Shown: positions 60,523 through 64,000 of the stretch, one piece after another
How positions within the stretch are numbered: the first letter of the stretch is position 1
Layout of the letters: each line of letters opens with the position of its first letter
Position numbers and translations under genes: made by a program
Notes under the pieces: model-generated
The model's database searches: none
The model's input: the letters and a program-made list of their open reading frames with translations, nothing else
What the model was told of the DNA's origin: nothing
DNA from: Meyerozyma guilliermondii
Taxonomy: Eukaryota
Direction of reading: 5' to 3'
NCBI GenBank assembly: GCA_051546255.1
Contig: CP128816.1
Span: forward strand, 1,736,001-1,800,000
DNA: 64,000 bases

Positions 60523-61176
60523 CTACCAAAACTTACTAGCTAAAACGAGGAAGATAAGTAAGATGAGCACGGCAATGATAGCATAGCTGATGAACTTATT
60601 GGCGGTTATACGTCGTGAAATGGACTTGAGTGTTTTCACCGATTTGTCGATGTATCCATCGGCTGCGGTTAGAGTGTCACGAGCCCCCATAATCTGTTCT
60701 CGTTGAGCTCGTAAATCGTTCAAAATATTTCCTCCAATGGATTCAGTTTCAAGGGCAACTCGCTGAGAATCGTGCAACCGCTGAGTGGACCGGTCCAAGG
60801 AAGATTGGTTGTTAAGAAGTTGTTTACGTTGCAGGTCATGAACACCGTCATCATTGTCACTGTAGCGGTTTCCGAAAAGTTCTTGTTTATCTTGGTCATC
60901 TAGAAGCTGGCTCAATCGCTGTTTCGATTCCTCGGTTTGGTTCCGATACTGACGGATTTTGGTATTATAACTTGACCTTTCACTGGCTGGTAAATTTTGA
61001 ACTTCAAGACTCATTTGGTCTACCAACTCCAAACACTCATCGGTGGCAGACTCTATTGCCTGTAATGTAACTTTGCGCTGGTTTGCTTCAAGACCAGGGA
61101 CCTCTGCAATACGCGCTTTTGCATCCTGTAACGCTAGCTGGAAATCCGATTCATACGTGGTAAAAAGTTCCGACAT
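60523..61176 (-). CDS. VTI1: Qb-SNARE
   Basis: ATG at 61176 (MSELFTTYESDF) gives 217 aa. SNARE motif ALETESIGGNILNDLRAQREQI and C-terminal TM. Confidence 0.93.
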   Translation of the reverse strand: MSELFTTYESDFQLALQDAKARIAEVPGLEANQRKVTLQAIESATDECLELVDQMSLEVQNLPASERSSYNTKIRQYRNQTEESKQRLSQLLDDQDKQELFGNRYSDNDDGVHDLQRKQLLNNQSSLDRSTQRLHDSQRVALETESIGGNILNDLRAQREQIMGARDTLTAADGYIDKSVKTLKSISRRITANKFISYAIIAVLILLIFLVLASKFW

Positions 61177-61276
61177 GGGTGTACTTGCCGTTGTGCGAAT
61201 AGGGATTATATTTATCCCCAGGTTGCGGTGTATGGATGTGAAATCGAATTTCTTCATTAAACAATTTCTATATCGT

Positions 61277-64000
61277 CTACTTGTGACGGGTTTCAAACTC
61301 TTCGCCAGAAAACTCATCGGGATCGTCTTCGTCACGCAGCTTGTACCTGTGGAATGCTGCTCTAATTTGCCCGAGAAGGTTATCGTCTACTGCCGAATTT
61401 CCATCGACAGAACTCTTGGACTTGGAAGGTGTCAAACTATCCATATCATCTAAATCGTCGCCCGCCTGTGGCCTGGAATCAATGCTTGTCTGATCTTCAT
61501 CATCTAAGTCAAGCGCATGGATAGTCATGTTCAAAAGTGACTTTCCACTTCTTCTACGCATAAGTCTTCCTGGGAATGGTCCCGATTTTGGAAGATATTG
61601 CGTTACATCGTCGTCTAAAACATCCTTCGTCGATCCGCTGTTGTGCAACACCACAGAAGAGCGACGAGGAGTACGAGGTGTCTTGGGTGCTCTGCAAGAA
61701 ACTCCATTGTCGTGAATCCATTTGGCCACCAATGCTGTCCAACCACACTGGTGAGAAGCTCCCAAACCACGACCTGTGTCACCATCGAAATACTCGTAGA
61801 ATGGCACGTAGTCTTTGAACAATGGATCTTTGGCAAGCTCATCACCACCATTACATGCTCTGTTCCCATTTTCATCAGGAAGGAAAAGATGGATGAGCCG
61901 GTGCTGAATTTCTTGAGCACATTGAGCCAAATTCAAATAATCACCAGAACCCTTTGGACACTCCACTTTGAGTTCTGGTCCGTAGTATAAGTAGAACCTT
62001 TGCAAAGCTTCTACCAACAAAAAGTTGACTGGGAACCAGATAGGACCTCTCCAATTAGAGTTTCCACCAAACATACCTGAATCAGATTCACCCGGAAGGT
62101 AGTTGACAGTATACTTTTCGCCATGAACATCCATTTCGAAGGGATTCTTTTCATGGTACTTGGAAAGAGAACGAATTCCATGGGGAGATAAGAACTCATC
62201 CTCATCCAACATCTTTTCTAAAATTGCAACTAAGCGATCTTTGTCGACCAACGCAAGAAGAAGTCTTTCACCCACACCCCTGGTTTCCATGGAGGCAATG
62301 TTACGTTCGGCAACGGTTTTCCTGTGCTCAATAAACCAATCGAGACGTTTCTTGAACGAAGGGAATCTAGCCACCAACTCAGGTTCAAGGGTCAAAGACG
62401 CATATAAAGGAATGAGTCCAACCAAGGAGCGAACAGGAAGAAGCTGCGAATGGTTACCATAACTGATGGCATCATAGTAGAACTGATCATTTTCATCCCA
62501 TAACGACAGCTCCTGTTCAGCACCACCTCTATAAGTCATTGCATCAGCAATCAATATAAAGTGTTCGAAAAACTTTGAGGCAATGTTCTCATATATGGGG
62601 CGGGTCTTTGCCAATTCAAGTGCAATGTTCAACATTTGCAAGCAAAAAAACGCCATCCAACCGGTGGAATCAGCTTGTTCCAAACTACCACCAGTGGGAA
62701 GTGGTTCCGAACGATTGAATACACCAATGTTGTCAAGACCCAAAAAGCCTCCTGCAAACACATTGTTACCTTCGGCATCTTTCCGATTGACCCACCAAGT
62801 GAAATTGAGGAGTAACTTTTGAAACACAGTTTCCAAAAAGTCAAGATCTTCTGTACCATACATTTTCCTCTCAATCTTGAAAATTCTGTACGCAGACCAA
62901 GCATGAACCGGAGGATTGACATCACTAAAGTTCCATTCATAAGCAGGAATTTGTCCATTAGGGTGCATGTACCATTCACGAGTAAGCAAATCAAGTTGCT
63001 TTTTGGCAAATTCAGGGTCTATCATGGCAATAGGAACACAGTGGAATGCAGTATCCCAGGCTGCGAAAAATGGATATTCCCATTTATCAGGAAGCGAAAG
63101 CACATCATCAATATGCAAATGCTTCCAATCCCTATTTCGACCATTTGCACGGTTCACGGGAGGCTTTGGGGTGTTGGGATCACCACGGGACCAATAACTG
63201 TGAACAAAGTAGTAAAATTGCTTTGTCCATAAAAGACCAGCAAATGCTTGTCTTTGCACTTGACGAAGTTCGTCACTCAATGGAAGTGGTGATATCTTCC
63301 AATAAAAAGCATCTGCTTCATCTTGGCAGCGCGAAAATACCTCATCAAGTTGCAACTCATCAATATCACCCGGTTGCCGAGTAAATTTGTAACGAATGGT
63401 GACATAATCGCCAGCGGGAACACTTTCAAAATTGAACCAAGCACAAGCTTTCGTACCAGTACGTTCCGGATTGACCGTCTCTGACTTACCATCGATGACA
63501 GCATCGTGAAATGCATCCTTGACATACTTGACCTTGTTTGGTTGACCGTAAAGACGATCAGTATTGGTCTCATTTTCGGTGAAAAGAAGTTGAGGATCAA
63601 TATCGGGAGCATCATCATCAAACCCTGGAGCCGGTGCAAAAACAAGATATCTCTTCCCAAACTTGGCATGGTCAACCTCAATTGTGTAATCATCAAGAGC
63701 CTTCACGCTAGGCTTTTCTTTCTTGGATTCATCGTCGCCCCAAGACCAAGTGTTCCGCAAAACCACATGTGGCATAATATGCAAAGGTGCTGCATCTGGA
63801 CCACGATTGTAGGCGGTGATTCTAAATACGAGTTCCTCATCGTCATCTTTTGCCATTTCGAAAACCACATCGAAATACCGATTTTCATCAAAAATTCCTG
63901 TATCGGAAAGTTCATATTCAAGCTCTTGTCTTGAACGTTTGCCATTGGTCTCAACAAGATCTTTGTATGGAAATTCCCGTTGCGGATACTTGTACAAGTA
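61277..64000 (-). CDS. YMR196W-like six-hairpin glycosidase (GH63-related); 5' end lies outside the window
   Basis: YLYKYPQ, RQAFAGLLWTKQFY, PDKWEYPFFAAWDTAFH, GFLGLDNIG, GGNSNWRGPIWFP and FYEYFDGDTGRGLGASHQCGWTALVA. Next to VTI1, as YMR196W is. Confidence 0.88.
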   Translation of the reverse strand, partial: YLYKYPQREFPYKDLVETNGKRSRQELEYELSDTGIFDENRYFDVVFEMAKDDDEELVFRITAYNRGPDAAPLHIMPHVVLRNTWSWGDDESKKEKPSVKALDDYTIEVDHAKFGKRYLVFAPAPGFDDDAPDIDPQLLFTENETNTDRLYGQPNKVKYVKDAFHDAVIDGKSETVNPERTGTKACAWFNFESVPAGDYVTIRYKFTRQPGDIDELQLDEVFSRCQDEADAFYWKISPLPLSDELRQVQRQAFAGLLWTKQFYYFVHSYWSRGDPNTPKPPVNRANGRNRDWKHLHIDDVLSLPDKWEYPFFAAWDTAFHCVPIAMIDPEFAKKQLDLLTREWYMHPNGQIPAYEWNFSDVNPPVHAWSAYRIFKIERKMYGTEDLDFLETVFQKLLLNFTWWVNRKDAEGNNVFAGGFLGLDNIGVFNRSEPLPTGGSLEQADSTGWMAFFCLQMLNIALELAKTRPIYENIASKFFEHFILIADAMTYRGGAEQELSLWDENDQFYYDAISYGNHSQLLPVRSLVGLIPLYASLTLEPELVARFPSFKKRLDWFIEHRKTVAERNIASMETRGVGERLLLALVDKDRLVAILEKMLDEDEFLSPHGIRSLSKYHEKNPFEMDVHGEKYTVNYLPGESDSGMFGGNSNWRGPIWFPVNFLLVEALQRFYLYYGPELKVECPKGSGDYLNLAQCAQEIQHRLIHLFLPDENGNRACNGGDELAKDPLFKDYVPFYEYFDGDTGRGLGASHQCGWTALVAKWIHDNGVSCRAPKTPRTPRRSSVVLHNSGSTKDVLDDDVTQYLPKSGPFPGRLMRRRSGKSLLNMTIHALDLDDEDQTSIDSRPQAGDDLDDMDSLTPSKSKSSVDGNSAVDDNLLGQIRAAFHRYKLRDEDDPDEFSGEEFETRHK

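Overview
Gene-dense nuclear DNA of a budding yeast from the CUG-Ser (CTG) clade. Composition and protein style suggest a Meyerozyma/Debaryomycetaceae species; that species call is an inference. The window carries the tRNA-Ser(CAG) gene that implements the altered code, so CTG codons shown as L in the ORF track should be read as S. About 32 protein genes are supported: FAS1 (3' part), VIP1, PRS1, BER1-like, SKN7, SLX1, ROT2, BRE1, BDF1, DUS4, SMC4, RPA14, mitochondrial bL34, CSF1, a divergent securin candidate, XDJ1, COF1 (two introns), an aldo-keto reductase, a CENP-B/pogo-type HTH protein without a DDE domain, a small CxxCxxC ORF, a tail-anchored coiled-coil protein, DAL2, two orphan membrane ORFs, EFM3, ATP18 (one intron), an amino-acid permease, an ATR1/AMF1-like MFS transporter, HFI1/ADA1, CIK1/VIK1, YAH1, VTI1 and a YMR196W-like GH63 glycosidase (5' end outside the window). 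The most interesting points are: (1) the ORF between CSF1 and XDJ1 looks like a true Pds1 securin orthologue by motif and gene order; (2) the tRNA-Ser(CAG) gene has a genome-encoded CCA; (3) a lineage-specific patch at 46.6-49.5 kb holds related orphan 3-TM and 6-TM genes, one interrupted by a single TGA in a leaky TGA-CAA context; (4) a transposase-derived DNA-binding protein has a long AUG-free leader. No intact transposon, rRNA gene or CRISPR array was seen. All homology calls come from motif recognition and recalled sequences; no searches were run.
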